From contig JAVJQW010000003.1 of the NCBI GenBank assembly GCA_040218735.1, forward strand, positions 64,001 to 128,000: DNA of 64,000 nucleotides, written 5' to 3'. The notes under the pieces are model-generated. The model did no database searches. It saw only the letters and a list, made by a program, of their open reading frames with translations, and was not told the origin of the DNA. This DNA comes from Deltaproteobacteria bacterium. Its GTDB lineage: Bacteria; Myxococcota; Kuafuiibacteriia; Kuafuiibacteriales; Kuafuiibacteriaceae. Positions 45,170 through 55,689 of the stretch are shown here, one piece after another (position 1 is the first letter of the stretch; every line of letters starts with the position of its first letter). Both the position numbers and the translations under genes were made by a program.

Positions 45170-47584
45170 TCAGCGGACGCGGATCTGGTGCGCACCGGGC
45201 CCTGCGTCGACGACGACGCGCCCGTCCACGACGACCGGCACGACCGCCGCGCCGTCGAGGGTGACCTCGGCGGGCCCCTGAGCGGGTGCGTAGATCTCGA
45301 TGCTCCAGCCCTCGAACGTCGCCCCCGGGCTGACGTCCACGATGTGCGTACCACCTTCGCGGCGGCTGGAGATGGTCGCTCCATCGAATACCGTATATTC
45401 GGTGGATTCGCCGTCGTTCGGTGCGACGACCACCGTGAGCGCGCCCGGGTCGTCGGCGTAGCTCTCGACCGCGGTCGACGTGGTGGTCGCGAGGGTGTCG
45501 ATGTTGTCGCGGAGCATCGGCACGATGCCGCCGGCGCGGATGAAGAGCGGGAGCTTCTCGAGCGGCGCGGCGACCGTCTCGACGCCGGAGTGCTCAGCGC
45601 CGTTCCACCAGTCGTACCAAGTCCCCGACGGAAACTGCACCTCGCGCTCACGCTGGCCGCGCGTGACGACGGGCGCGACGAGCAGGTGCTCGCCGAGGAG
45701 GTACGTGTCCGACGGGTGCACGCCGAGCTCGGGGTGCGCGAGGCCGAGGGGGCGAAGGATCGCACGCCCGTCGTCCGCAAGGCGCCTTGCATAGCTCCAC
45801 ACGTACGGGAACAGCCGCATGTGCAGACGCGCGTAGGTTCGGTACAGCGCGAGCGTGTCCTCGTCGCGACCGTTCTCGGGTGTGAACACCCATGGCGGCT
45901 GCGACGACGAGTCTCCGACCTGCATGACGGCGGAGAGCGCGGTCTGCTGGAACCACCGGATGTACGTCTCCTCGTCCGGCGGGCTGTGGCGGTAGCCGCC
46001 GGTGTCGGCGCCGTAGAACGGGAAGCCGGACGGGCCGAGCGTGAGGCCCATGATCACACTCGCCGGGAGGCCGCCGACGGCGTTGTACGGGCTGTCGTCG
46101 TCGGGGTCGACGCGTTCGCGGTGCAAGGAGAAGTCGGCGTCGAGGTCGCCCGGCCAGATGACGGAGGCGTTGGCCTGGTCGCCCCACCGCCCGGCGCGGC
46201 ACAACAGGAACGCGCCGTCCTGCGGGAGCGTCTCCGCGTACACGCGGTGGTAGAGGCGGGTGTAACGATCGTGCATCGTGCGTTCGTCGCTGCCGTCCGC
46301 GAACTCCCACGCGGTGCGTGCGCCGCCGAGGCCGGAGATCAGATCCTCGGCGTAGTCGAGCTTGAAACCTTCGATGCCGAGATCGACGTAGGTCTGGATG
46401 TTCGACTGCCACCACGCGTAGGCGTCGGCGTTCGTGAGGTCCAGGAGCGGGCTCCAGTTGTTGAGGCGCACGCCGATCGTCGGTGGGAACCAGCCCTCCT
46501 CTTCGACCTTCGCGCGGTTCTCGGTCGCGTCCTGCGAGACGTACGGCACGTGCCACAACGCGACGCGGAGGCCGGCGTCGTGCGCGGTTTGGATCATCGC
46601 GGCGGGGTCCGGGTAGTCGTCGGGTTCGAAGTCGAACACACCGACGGCGGTGGCGTACGGGCGGTCGATCCAGATGCCGCTCGTCGCGAGGTCGAGCGAG
46701 CGGATGCGGCGGATGTCGTCTTCGACCTCGGCCTGGTCGCGATTCTCGTCGCGCCAGATCAGCGGCCCGTACACCCACTCCGCGGGGAGCAGCGGCGGCA
46801 CAGTGACGTCGTAGTAGTGCTTCGTGATGTCGAGCGGGTGCTCTTCGAGGAATACGTGGAACACGAGCCCCTCGCTGCTCGCCTCCGCGGTGCCGTAGGT
46901 GATCTCGACGAGGTCGTCCTCTTCACGCGCGACGTCGAAGACCCCGAACCGACGACTCTCGACGAACAGCCCCCACCCGGTCGTGCCGATCAGGAGCGGC
47001 ACGGGGACGTGCGCTTCGTTGCTCGCGCCCTCGAGCGAGAGATCTGGCTCGAGCTGCATCGATCGGATCTTGCCGCGGGAGTCGACGTCGTCGAGGTGCT
47101 CACCGAGACCGTAGAAGGCTTCGGTCGGGTGGCTGCGAACGCGGAGGCGCATGAACGCGATGGGCGCGCCCTCGGGGTCGGGGACGAGCTGGAAGCGGAA
47201 CGCCCCTTCGGCGCCGGTGGAGATCGCGAGGGAGGCACGACGGCCGCCTTCGAAGATCACGTCGATGTTGCCGTTGTCGGCGACGATCATCTCGCGCGGG
47301 GTGCGCCAACGAAGCCCGGGCGGCTCGGTGGGGTCGAAGAGGGCGTCGTCGTAGATCAACCAGAAGGGGTCGTAGCTGAGGTCCTCTTCGAGCCGGTCGA
47401 CGAAGCCGAACACAAACGCGTCCGCCTCGAAGCGAACGCGCGGCGCCCCCTCCGGTCCGATGAGGATCGTTCGGTCCTCGATGCTGACCTCGGCGCGGTA
47501 GGGCCCCGAGTCGAAGCGCGGAGCGTCTTCGTCATCGCCGGAGCAGGCGGCGAGCGCAAAGAGGATCGGGAGCCAGCGGCGCAT
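45170..47584 (-). CDS. Glycoside hydrolase family 31 lipoprotein
   Basis: LAAC lipobox; FYGLGE, WIDRPY, GFKLDYAE, WPGD, GADTGGY, YLLGEHLLVAPV and LPLFIRAG motifs. Confidence 0.92.
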   Translation of the reverse strand: MRRWLPILFALAACSGDDEDAPRFDSGPYRAEVSIEDRTILIGPEGAPRVRFEADAFVFGFVDRLEEDLSYDPFWLIYDDALFDPTEPPGLRWRTPREMIVADNGNIDVIFEGGRRASLAISTGAEGAFRFQLVPDPEGAPIAFMRLRVRSHPTEAFYGLGEHLDDVDSRGKIRSMQLEPDLSLEGASNEAHVPVPLLIGTTGWGLFVESRRFGVFDVAREEDDLVEITYGTAEASSEGLVFHVFLEEHPLDITKHYYDVTVPPLLPAEWVYGPLIWRDENRDQAEVEDDIRRIRSLDLATSGIWIDRPYATAVGVFDFEPDDYPDPAAMIQTAHDAGLRVALWHVPYVSQDATENRAKVEEEGWFPPTIGVRLNNWSPLLDLTNADAYAWWQSNIQTYVDLGIEGFKLDYAEDLISGLGGARTAWEFADGSDERTMHDRYTRLYHRVYAETLPQDGAFLLCRAGRWGDQANASVIWPGDLDADFSLHRERVDPDDDSPYNAVGGLPASVIMGLTLGPSGFPFYGADTGGYRHSPPDEETYIRWFQQTALSAVMQVGDSSSQPPWVFTPENGRDEDTLALYRTYARLHMRLFPYVWSYARRLADDGRAILRPLGLAHPELGVHPSDTYLLGEHLLVAPVVTRGQREREVQFPSGTWYDWWNGAEHSGVETVAAPLEKLPLFIRAGGIVPMLRDNIDTLATTTSTAVESYADDPGALTVVVAPNDGESTEYTVFDGATISSRREGGTHIVDVSPGATFEGWSIEIYAPAQGPAEVTLDGAAVVPVVVDGRVVVDAGPGAHQIRVR

Positions 47585-47646
47585 GCGCGGAAGGTAGCGG
47601 AAAGGGCGGGGGGTGTCGTCGGACGTCCGCGGAGGACTCGGACGCC

Positions 47647-49338
47647 TCAGTAACCCAAGCGACGTCGCGGCATCTTGCCCTCGCGCACGAACGTCCGGGC
47701 CGTGAACACCCGGCGTCGCACCCGGCGCTCGCTGAGTTTGCTCGCGAGAAAGCGCGCCGCCGCGGCGAGGGGCCAGTGGGCGTCGTCGCGCTCCGGGAAG
47801 GCCTCGGTCAGCGCGTCCGACAGACGCACCGCCGCGAAGGCCGTCTTCACGCGGTGCGCGAAGAAGATCGGCAGCACCGCGAGGCCGTCGGCGGCCCGAT
47901 CCATCAAGATGTCACCGGCCGTGGCCGGCTCCCGGAGCACCGCGGCGACCGCGGCCTGCGGTTCCTGCAGGCGGATCGCTTCGTCGAGCGTGCGCTGGGG
48001 TCCCGGCGAGGGCGGCGCGTCGAGCACGGCGAGGTGCTGGATGAACCGCGCCGACTGGAACAACCCGCGCAGGAGCTCCGGCGTCTTGTGGCGACGCAGC
48101 GACTCGTAGACGGCGTCGGCGTGGGTCAGCGCGTGCGTGACGTCGAGCCACCCCTCCTGCGCCTCCGGATCACCTTCGAGCCGGAGGTCGAACGCGAGGA
48201 GACGACGGCTCGCGGCGAGGGACAACGCCAGCGCGATCTTCGCCGGCTCCGCGCCCTGCTCGAGCGCCGCGCCGACCGCGTCGAGGGCTTCCTCGAGGGT
48301 GCCGTTCGTCGTGGCTTCGACGACGCGTTCGACGTCGAACGGCGCGTCCTGCGCGCGCTCGAAGAGGTCGTCGAGGCGCGCCTCGTACTTCGCGACGTGT
48401 TTTTGGTACGACCGCATGTACGGCAGCTGGTCTTCGCGAGTGCCGTACACGAGGCCCTCCGCGAGGGACACGAGCACCGCCGGAGCGTGCGCCTCGCCGA
48501 CCCGCTCGACGAGCTCTTCACCCTTCACCGCGTAGATGTGGCCGTGGCCGTAGTCGAAGAAGTGGTCGGTCGCGGCGTGGCGGATCCAGCGGAACGCACG
48601 CGCCACGCCGTCCGGGGCGGCACACTCCGCGGCGATCATCGAGCGCGCGGCCTCCATGTCCTCGCGTTCCACTGCCGCGCGGAACGCGGCTTCGTCGCCG
48701 CGCTCGCCGGGCTCGGGCGCGGCGATCTCCGGGAGGCGCAAGTTGGGTTGCACGATGAGCTCGAAGGCATCGACGATGAAGTAGTCGGCATCATACGGGC
48801 GCCGCTCGATCGCCGCGCCGAGGTCCGCCGCGGTGGCGAGGCCATGGTCGAAGCCCCAGCGGCAGTGTCGGGCGCCCCACTCCACGCCGAACGCGAGGAC
48901 GTCGGACGTCGATTCTCCGGCGGCGAGGAGGCGCTCGACGGCGCGGGCCGCGTGGGAGAAGTCGCCCTCGTCGAAGGCCTTCACGAGGCTCTTCTGCTCC
49001 GCGGCGACGATGGCATCGGACTCCGGCTCGGTGACGTCGAGCCACACCGTGCCGTCGCGGACCTCGACGGGGAAGGAGCGGACGTCTTCACCGCCGATGA
49101 CACACTCGCCGTCGGCGAGGTTGAACTTCCAATTGTGCCACTCGCAAGTCAGCTTGCCGTCGGCGACGCGGCCCGTGGACAGCGGATATCCTTCGTGCGG
49201 GCAGCGGTTCTCGACGGCGTAGATCTCGCCTTCCTCCGGGCGGAAGACGACGATGGGACAGTTACCGGTCTTGAGCGCGTGACAACCCCCGACGGGGATC
49301 TCGTCGACGCGGACGACCTCCAGATACTTGGACTTCAT
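47647..49338 (-). CDS. Rieske [2Fe-2S] domain fused to a large helical His-motif domain
   Basis: NRCPHEG...CEWHNWKF Rieske motif followed by about 450 aa of helical sequence. Confidence 0.85.
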   Translation of the reverse strand: MKSKYLEVVRVDEIPVGGCHALKTGNCPIVVFRPEEGEIYAVENRCPHEGYPLSTGRVADGKLTCEWHNWKFNLADGECVIGGEDVRSFPVEVRDGTVWLDVTEPESDAIVAAEQKSLVKAFDEGDFSHAARAVERLLAAGESTSDVLAFGVEWGARHCRWGFDHGLATAADLGAAIERRPYDADYFIVDAFELIVQPNLRLPEIAAPEPGERGDEAAFRAAVEREDMEAARSMIAAECAAPDGVARAFRWIRHAATDHFFDYGHGHIYAVKGEELVERVGEAHAPAVLVSLAEGLVYGTREDQLPYMRSYQKHVAKYEARLDDLFERAQDAPFDVERVVEATTNGTLEEALDAVGAALEQGAEPAKIALALSLAASRRLLAFDLRLEGDPEAQEGWLDVTHALTHADAVYESLRRHKTPELLRGLFQSARFIQHLAVLDAPPSPGPQRTLDEAIRLQEPQAAVAAVLREPATAGDILMDRAADGLAVLPIFFAHRVKTAFAAVRLSDALTEAFPERDDAHWPLAAAARFLASKLSERRVRRRVFTARTFVREGKMPRRRLGY

Positions 49339-49369
49339 GCATGCATCTTCGGCGCGCGCGCGCGGGCGC

Positions 49370-49385
49370 GCCAGCGCGGTGCCAA
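49370..49385 (-). promoter_or_regulatory. Possible sigma54 promoter for the Rieske gene
   Basis: The minus strand reads TTGGCACCGCGCTGGC (GG-N10-GC); the -12 is imperfect. Confidence 0.4.
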
Positions 49386-49411
49386 GGGATTGGCAGAAGG
49401 TTGTTCTATCG

Positions 49412-51220
49412 TCACGGCGCCGTGAGGTCGGCGCTCAGGGCCGCGTCGGCGCGCCCTGCGTAGCGCACGACCGCGTACCGGAGCACCAGCTCGGCGTCCC
49501 CGACCAGCGCGGGATCCTCGGCGAGGCGGGCGGCGAATCGTTCGAGCGTCTCCGCCTCCTCGCGGCGGAAACCTCGTGCGCCGAGCCGAGCCTCGAACGC
49601 GGCGTAGGCCTCGTCGGTCGTCGCGTAGCTCAGCGTCACCGCGACCTCCGTGGGCCCCTCGGACCGCACGAACCACGCGCGCAGCTCGCGCCGGAACAAA
49701 AAGAGGATCGCGAGCAACACGAGCGTCGGCGCGAACCACGCGACGTTTGCGTAGACGAACCGACCGAACCGATTCACGTACACCGCGACGAGCCCGACGA
49801 ACGCGTCGAAGCCCACCGACTCCTCGGGCATGTGCCGCCGGAGCCCGCTGGCTGGCGTGGGGTCGAAGGTTCGCCAGGCGCCGTCGACGTAGGCCTCCAC
49901 CCACGCGTGGGCGTTGCGCTGGCGAACGACCCAGTGCCCACCGAGCGCGTTGCGTTCCACGACGAGGTATCCGCCGACGACGCGCGCCGGTACGCCGGAC
50001 GCGCGCGCGAGGAGCGCCATCGCGGAGGCAAAGTACTCGCAGTGCCCCGTCTGGTGATCCTCGAGGAACGCGAGGACGGGGTCCTTGTCGGGGTCGTGCT
50101 CGGGGATCTGGAGCGCGTAGGTGAACGTGGCGAGCTTCGCTCGAATGGAATCCAGCGAAGGCGACGACGAAGACGTCCACGCCCGGAGCACGCGACGAAG
50201 CTCGGGACGTAGCGCGTCGGGCAACGCGAGATCGTCCTCGTCCGGCGGCAGCAGCACCCGCGGTGCCGTCGCGGCGATGCCGATGCGGTCGGCGCTGACC
50301 CCCTCGGGCGGGGCGATCACCCCCAGTTCGTCCACGGTGACGATCCCACCGGGGACGTCGACCACCTCCGCGTCCAGCGGCACGAACCAGTGTTCGTCGT
50401 CCGCGTCGACGTGTTCGACGAAGGTGGTGACGGCGCGACGGCTGACGTCGGTCCGCGCCCCCCTCGCGCCGAGTCGACCGTACCAGCGCCCCGCGCCGTA
50501 CCGCGTGTAGACCGCGCCGCGCAGGTGATCGACGTGTTCGCCGAAGACGCGGAGCGCCACCGAGTCGTCGTCGAGGATCTCGCGCAGCCCACCGAGCGCG
50601 ATCGTGTCGCCGAACCCCGCCCGCCGATCCTCGCTCCCCTCGAACCACGTCATCACGTACGCGTTGGCGACCGGCAACGCGCGACCGAGCACGGCCGTGA
50701 CCGCGAGCGCGATGAAGGTCGCGGCGATGATCGCCACGCGCTGACGCGACGCCGGGAGCGACAAGGCCCGCCGTGGATCGGCCGCGGTGAGGCCCCCCAT
50801 CGCCGCGGCGACGAAGCCGATCGTGAGCGGCACGAACGCCGTGAGGGGTCGGGCGTCGCCGAGGCCCATCACCCCCAGCATCGCGATGCCGAGCGTGAGC
50901 TCGTACCCTCCGATCGGTCGTTTGAATGGAACGCGCGCGCCGACCGCCAACACCCCGGCCAACGCGACCGCGTCGTAGAGACGCCGAGGCGCGGCCGCGC
51001 CGAGCAGGTCCTCGGTCGCCGGAACGAGCGCGGCGAACGTCGCGCCACCCACGGCGGCGAATGACGCAAACACCGCGTCCACACCGCGCGGCGCGCGCGC
51101 GACGAGCGACGGCAGCAGCGTGAGCAACACCGCCACCCCACCGACGAATGGGTGACCACCGAGCACGACGTAGCCGACCGTCGCGACGACGAGCGGCAGC
51201 CGCATCACGAGGCTCCGCAT
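49412..51220 (-). CDS. Membrane transglutaminase-like protein (TgpA/DUF3488 type)
   Basis: Multi-TM N-terminus; GHCEYFASAMALLAR, AHAWVE and FDPT catalytic triad motifs; TGATG overlap with DUF58. Confidence 0.9.
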   Translation of the reverse strand: MRSLVMRLPLVVATVGYVVLGGHPFVGGVAVLLTLLPSLVARAPRGVDAVFASFAAVGGATFAALVPATEDLLGAAAPRRLYDAVALAGVLAVGARVPFKRPIGGYELTLGIAMLGVMGLGDARPLTAFVPLTIGFVAAAMGGLTAADPRRALSLPASRQRVAIIAATFIALAVTAVLGRALPVANAYVMTWFEGSEDRRAGFGDTIALGGLREILDDDSVALRVFGEHVDHLRGAVYTRYGAGRWYGRLGARGARTDVSRRAVTTFVEHVDADDEHWFVPLDAEVVDVPGGIVTVDELGVIAPPEGVSADRIGIAATAPRVLLPPDEDDLALPDALRPELRRVLRAWTSSSSPSLDSIRAKLATFTYALQIPEHDPDKDPVLAFLEDHQTGHCEYFASAMALLARASGVPARVVGGYLVVERNALGGHWVVRQRNAHAWVEAYVDGAWRTFDPTPASGLRRHMPEESVGFDAFVGLVAVYVNRFGRFVYANVAWFAPTLVLLAILFLFRRELRAWFVRSEGPTEVAVTLSYATTDEAYAAFEARLGARGFRREEAETLERFAARLAEDPALVGDAELVLRYAVVRYAGRADAALSADLTAP

Positions 51221-52464
51221 CACAGCGTGATCGCCTCCTCGCGCTCGACGGCTTCGACGCTCACGTCCTGGCCGATGACGATCGTCCTGCACCCCACCCC
51301 GCGTCGGCGGATCTCCGCTTCGACGCGGCGACGCTCCGGGTCGTCGGCGAGTGCGACGATCACCACCGACGACAACCGATCGAGGTGCGGCGCGATCAAC
51401 GACAGCGTAGGCGCCGCCTCGAAGGTCGCCCCGGGTTCGACGACGGCGAGGAGGTCGAGGGCCTGTTCGAGGCGACCGAGGCTGCGCCCGAGCGTCAGCC
51501 GGTGCAGCTCCCCGCCGACGATCATCAGATCCACCAGCACGTCCCCGCGGACGAGGTGCGCCAACACACCCGCCGCAACTCGGATTGCGGCTTCGAGCGT
51601 CGGGCGATCCGCGGCGCCGAGATCCGTGTCGAGCACCAGCGACAGGCGCGTGAAGTACTCCTGCTGGTACTCGCGCACGACGGGTGTCCCGGTCCGCGCC
51701 CACGCGCGGTGGCAGAGATCCCGAACCGGATCGCCGGGCCGATACGGCCGCAACCCGATCAGCTCCCGCGCCTCGCCGGTCTGCGAAGCCAGGGCGATGC
51801 CGCCGGGCTGGTGTCGCGCTGTCGTCTCGAGGTCGAGCCGCGCGATCTTCGCGAGGCGCGGCAACACGAGGAACCTGAGGCCGGCCGTCTCGATGGTCGG
51901 CCCGAACGTCAGCCCGAACGTGACCGTCGCGGCGACGTGGAAAGGGTCGAGGTGGTGCTCACCGCGCGCGACGAACTCCAACGGGATGATCGCGCGCTCC
52001 GTCGCTCCCGCCGCGAGGTGTTGCAAGCCAGATTGACGCGAGAGGTAGCGACCGTCCCACGGGAGCAGCGGCCCATCGATGGCGATCGCGAAGTGGTCGC
52101 GGTCGCCGCGGTTCTCGAGCACGAACGTCACGTCGAGCCGCTCGCCCTCGCGAACGCGCGGCGCGTGCTCGACGCGCACCGAGACCTCATCCAGCGCGTA
52201 GAACCGACGTAGCGCCCAGCCCGCGACCAACAACCCCGTGAGCCCGCACCACAGGATGTGCACGGCGTTCTCGCGGACCTCGAGCCCGAACGCGCCGACG
52301 ATCAGCCACAGCACCCAGAGCACCCGGCCGACGTCGGTGCCGCCGCGATACCAACGTTCGAGCGGTCGGGCGAGGAACGCGAAGCGCCCCTGCCGGAACT
52401 TGTCCCGCCCCGTCTTGGTGTCGGGGATCAGGATGTGATTGAGGCGCGCGAAGTCGACCCGCAC
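51220..52464 (-). CDS. DUF58 domain protein
   Basis: GLRPYRPGDPVRDLCHRAWARTGTPVVREY and LVLD motifs. Confidence 0.9.
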   Translation of the reverse strand: MRVDFARLNHILIPDTKTGRDKFRQGRFAFLARPLERWYRGGTDVGRVLWVLWLIVGAFGLEVRENAVHILWCGLTGLLVAGWALRRFYALDEVSVRVEHAPRVREGERLDVTFVLENRGDRDHFAIAIDGPLLPWDGRYLSRQSGLQHLAAGATERAIIPLEFVARGEHHLDPFHVAATVTFGLTFGPTIETAGLRFLVLPRLAKIARLDLETTARHQPGGIALASQTGEARELIGLRPYRPGDPVRDLCHRAWARTGTPVVREYQQEYFTRLSLVLDTDLGAADRPTLEAAIRVAAGVLAHLVRGDVLVDLMIVGGELHRLTLGRSLGRLEQALDLLAVVEPGATFEAAPTLSLIAPHLDRLSSVVIVALADDPERRRVEAEIRRRGVGCRTIVIGQDVSVEAVEREEAITL

Positions 52465-52573
52465 GGTGATTCGGCACGGTAGCGCGATCGTCGGCCCGCA
52501 GCCACCGCACCTCGGTCGTACGGGATCGCGTTCGTTCGTGCCCCGCGACCCGCCACCGTGTTAGGCCCCGCGC

Positions 52574-53362
52574 GTGGCCTTCGATCCCGAGCGCTACTGG
52601 AACGAGCGACACGAGGCGACCCGCGGCCTCGACGGCGTCGGCTTCCTCGGGCTGCGCGGCCTGAACGAGTGGATGTACCGCGTGCGCCGCCGCGTCTTCC
52701 GTCGGACGGTGCGTCAGTCGGGCGTCGACGTCGCCGACGCGCGCGTCCTCGACGTCGGCTCGGGGACCGGCTTCTACCTCGAACGCTGGACGGAGCTCGA
52801 AGCGCGCGAGCTCGTCGGCACCGACTTCTCCGAGGTCGCCGTGGAGCGCCTGCGCGGCGCCTACCCGAACCTCCGCATCGAGCCGCTCGACATCACCACC
52901 GAGGAGCCCCTCGATGCGCTCGGCACGTTCGATCTCATCTCGGTGATGGACGTGCTCTACCACGTCGTCGACGACGACGCGTACGCCCGCGCCTTCGCGA
53001 ACCTCGCGCGGCTGCTGAACCCGGGCGGCCGCATCGTCTTCACGGAGAACTTCCTGCACCGCAGCTCCGACAAGGACCACGCGTGGCACACGTCGCGACG
53101 CCTCGACGAAGTCGAACGCGCCGTGCAGCGCGGCGGCCTCGTCATCGAACGCCGCCGCCCGTGGTTCGTGTTGATGAACGAGCCGGTCGACTCCGACTCG
53201 AAGCTGCACGCCCAGGCGTGGTGGTGGATGCAGAAGCTCAGCGAGAAGGTCCCGGGCGCCGGCTACACGATCGGCGCGGCCCTGTATCCGTCGGAGGTCG
53301 TGCTCACGCGCCTCCTCCGCGAGGGGCCCACGTCCGAGATCGCGATCGCCCGGCGCCCCTGA
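52574..53362 (+). CDS. Class I SAM-dependent methyltransferase
   Basis: VLDVGSGTG, GTDFS, DVLYH and LLNPGG motifs. Confidence 0.88.
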   Translation: MAFDPERYWNERHEATRGLDGVGFLGLRGLNEWMYRVRRRVFRRTVRQSGVDVADARVLDVGSGTGFYLERWTELEARELVGTDFSEVAVERLRGAYPNLRIEPLDITTEEPLDALGTFDLISVMDVLYHVVDDDAYARAFANLARLLNPGGRIVFTENFLHRSSDKDHAWHTSRRLDEVERAVQRGGLVIERRRPWFVLMNEPVDSDSKLHAQAWWWMQKLSEKVPGAGYTIGAALYPSEVVLTRLLREGPTSEIAIARRP

Positions 53363-53429
53363 CTGTCCGCGTACAGTCCGTGGACGGCCTCGAATCGCCG
53401 ATTTCAGCCCAACGACTGCCCGCGCGTCT

Positions 53430-53445
53430 TGGCACGCCGCTTGGA
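53430..53445 (+). promoter_or_regulatory. Possible sigma54 promoter
   Basis: TGGCACGCCGCTTGGA: consensus -24, with GG instead of GC at -12. Confidence 0.4.
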
Positions 53446-53458
53446 ATCCACGTCGGGC

Positions 53459-53908
53459 ATGAAACAGCTCACCACGACCCTGACCCTCCTCGCCCTCTGC
53501 TCCGCCTGCGGCGGCCTCGAAGACGACCTCACCGCGTCCACCTCGGACGAGGCGTCGTTCAAGACGACGTCCCCCCAACGTGACCAGCTCATTCGGGACT
53601 TCGGCATGGACGGCGATCTCTGCTTCGCCGGACAGCGCGAGGTCATGTGCGTCAGCGCGGACCGACGAACGCCCCTGTCCGTCGGCGACGCCGTCGGCGG
53701 ATCACTGTCGCTGTGCGCGGAGACGCAGCGCGGCCGCGTCAGCTGCGGCGAGCCGGACGTGCAGGCGTACTGGTGTGGTCTCGGCGGCTGTATCTGTCAG
53801 AACTACGCCGACTGTTGGAAACTCGCGGTCGAGAAGGACTGCACCGTACACCCCATCCCCTGCGCCGGGTGCCCCGTCGTGACGGGTGTGTGCACGCCGG
53901 GGCAGTGA
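53459..53908 (+). CDS. Small Cys-rich lipoprotein
   Basis: MKQLTTTLTLLALCSAC; about 12 Cys in the mature part. Confidence 0.7.
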   Translation: MKQLTTTLTLLALCSACGGLEDDLTASTSDEASFKTTSPQRDQLIRDFGMDGDLCFAGQREVMCVSADRRTPLSVGDAVGGSLSLCAETQRGRVSCGEPDVQAYWCGLGGCICQNYADCWKLAVEKDCTVHPIPCAGCPVVTGVCTPGQ

Positions 53909-53913
53909 CCGCG

Positions 53914-54417
53914 TCAGTCCCAGCTGCCCCGTCGACGCTTGGTGGAGGCGGGGCTGGTCGGGCGCTTCCCCGCCGGGCGCCGCTTGAGCGGCGACGCGGT
54001 CGGGTCGAGGAAGCTCGACACCTTCAGCGAGCCGGCCGGCGCAGCGCTCCCGAACACCGGGGCGCGATTCGAAACGGACTCCCCGACCATCCGCGCGAAG
54101 CGCGCGCGGAGCTGACGGTTCTTCGCACCGGAGGCGATCCCCAGCGCTCGAAGCGCGCGCTCGTCCTTCGCGAGCACCGCGTAAATCGTGTCGGCGATCG
54201 GCGCCGCGCGGTGCTTCGTCTCGAACAGCAACCCGAGGCGAACGAGCGCTTCGAGCTGCGCGCGCGGCTCGAACTTCTTGTCGGCGAACATCGCGTCGAG
54301 CGCGAGGTCGAGCCCCTTCGCGGCGTCGGCCTGGAAGCGGTAGCCCCCCTTGGACTTGATGACCATGCGGAGCGCGAAGTCGGCGAGGGCGGTGGTGTCC
54401 TGACGTTCTTGGTTCAT
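53914..54417 (-). CDS. Hypothetical protein
   Basis: Host-like codon usage; starts 10 bp after the upstream stop. Confidence 0.65.
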   Translation of the reverse strand: MNQERQDTTALADFALRMVIKSKGGYRFQADAAKGLDLALDAMFADKKFEPRAQLEALVRLGLLFETKHRAAPIADTIYAVLAKDERALRALGIASGAKNRQLRARFARMVGESVSNRAPVFGSAAPAGSLKVSSFLDPTASPLKRRPAGKRPTSPASTKRRRGSWD

Positions 54418-54427
54418 GGCCTAACCT

Positions 54428-55672
54428 CTACAGCTCGATCGGGGTGGTGATGGGGGGCAGCTCTTCTTCCGGCTCGGACTCGTGAACCACGTTGTCGCCG
54501 TCGCCCACGAGCACGCGGTTGCGCTCGCCTTCCGTCGCGACCAGGTTGTCACCGTCGCCGAGCACGATCCGCGCGTCGTCGCCTTCGCTCAACACGAGGT
54601 GGTCGCCGTCGTTCGCGAACGAGATGTGCGCGTCGTCGCCGGCGTTCAACACCGCGTCCGATCCGGTGACCGGCGCTTCACCGACGCCCGGACGGTACTG
54701 GCCGATCGTCACGCCGTCGCCGCTGTTGAGGTAGCGGTCGTTGCCGTCGCCGTCGACGAGCGTCGCGCCGTCGGCCGCGTTGAGGATCACGTCGTCGCCC
54801 GCGTTTCCGCCCGCGCCGATCTCGAGGCGACGTTCGGCGTCGTTCAACGACGGGTCGAGGAAGATCGTGTCGTCACCGCCGCGGCCCGCGATCTCGACGC
54901 GGTCCAGGTCGGCACCCGGCACCGACGTGAGGAGCGACTCCTCGCCGTCCGCGTTGGTGTAGTTGAGATCGTACGCCTCGCGCTCGGCGTCGTAGCTCAG
55001 ACGCATCCGATCCCCTTCGCCGGTCCCCTCGACGCGCAGCGTGCGCGCGTCGGCGTCGAGCGAGAACTCCGGCGCGGCGGTCGCGGTCACCGTGTCCGCC
55101 TGCGCGTCGTACGCGTCCTGCATGACTTCGTGCTGTCGCGTGCGATCGGGGCCGGTCGTGTCGTCGTCCGCGTCGACCTCGCTCATCGGGCGCCCGCCGT
55201 TGGCCTGGTAGTCGGTCCACGCCGCCTGAGTGTCCGGGCCCCAGAAGCCGTCGACGCCGTGCTCGCCGAGGTCGTAGCCGGCGTCCGCGAGCTCCTGCTG
55301 ACGCGCGCGGACGTGCTCGCCCTTCATGCCTTCGCCGACCTCCTCGGCGGATCCGGCCTCGGCGTAGACGCCGTTCGCGTAGCTGTCGGGGCGCGCGTAG
55401 TTCGCGGACGGCAGCTCGGGGTCGGGGCTCGTCGCGGCGGCGTCATCGCCGTCGGCCATCTCGGCGACGCGGTCGGCGCCTTCCGAGACGTCGAGCCCGG
55501 TGTCCGCCGCGCCCGCCAGCAGCCCGGCTCGCTCGGCGTCCTCCAGGTTCCCCTCGAACCGGAAATGGTCGACCGTGATGCGGGTCCCTTCGAGCGTCAC
55601 CTGCCCGGAATCCGGGTCGATGTTGCCCGTGAGGTTGGTTCCGGTGAGGCGCGTGACGTCGAGGTTGGTCAT
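54428..55672 (-). CDS. Acidic protein with PG-binding domain and RTX-like Ca-binding repeats
   Basis: VRARQQELADAGYDLGEHGVDGFWGPDTQAAW; GRGGDDTI, GNAGDDVI, GDGNDRY and GDGDNLV repeats; no signal peptide. Confidence 0.75.
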   Translation of the reverse strand: MTNLDVTRLTGTNLTGNIDPDSGQVTLEGTRITVDHFRFEGNLEDAERAGLLAGAADTGLDVSEGADRVAEMADGDDAAATSPDPELPSANYARPDSYANGVYAEAGSAEEVGEGMKGEHVRARQQELADAGYDLGEHGVDGFWGPDTQAAWTDYQANGGRPMSEVDADDDTTGPDRTRQHEVMQDAYDAQADTVTATAAPEFSLDADARTLRVEGTGEGDRMRLSYDAEREAYDLNYTNADGEESLLTSVPGADLDRVEIAGRGGDDTIFLDPSLNDAERRLEIGAGGNAGDDVILNAADGATLVDGDGNDRYLNSGDGVTIGQYRPGVGEAPVTGSDAVLNAGDDAHISFANDGDHLVLSEGDDARIVLGDGDNLVATEGERNRVLVGDGDNVVHESEPEEELPPITTPIEL

Positions 55673-55689
55673 GGGTGCCGCCGAGCAGT

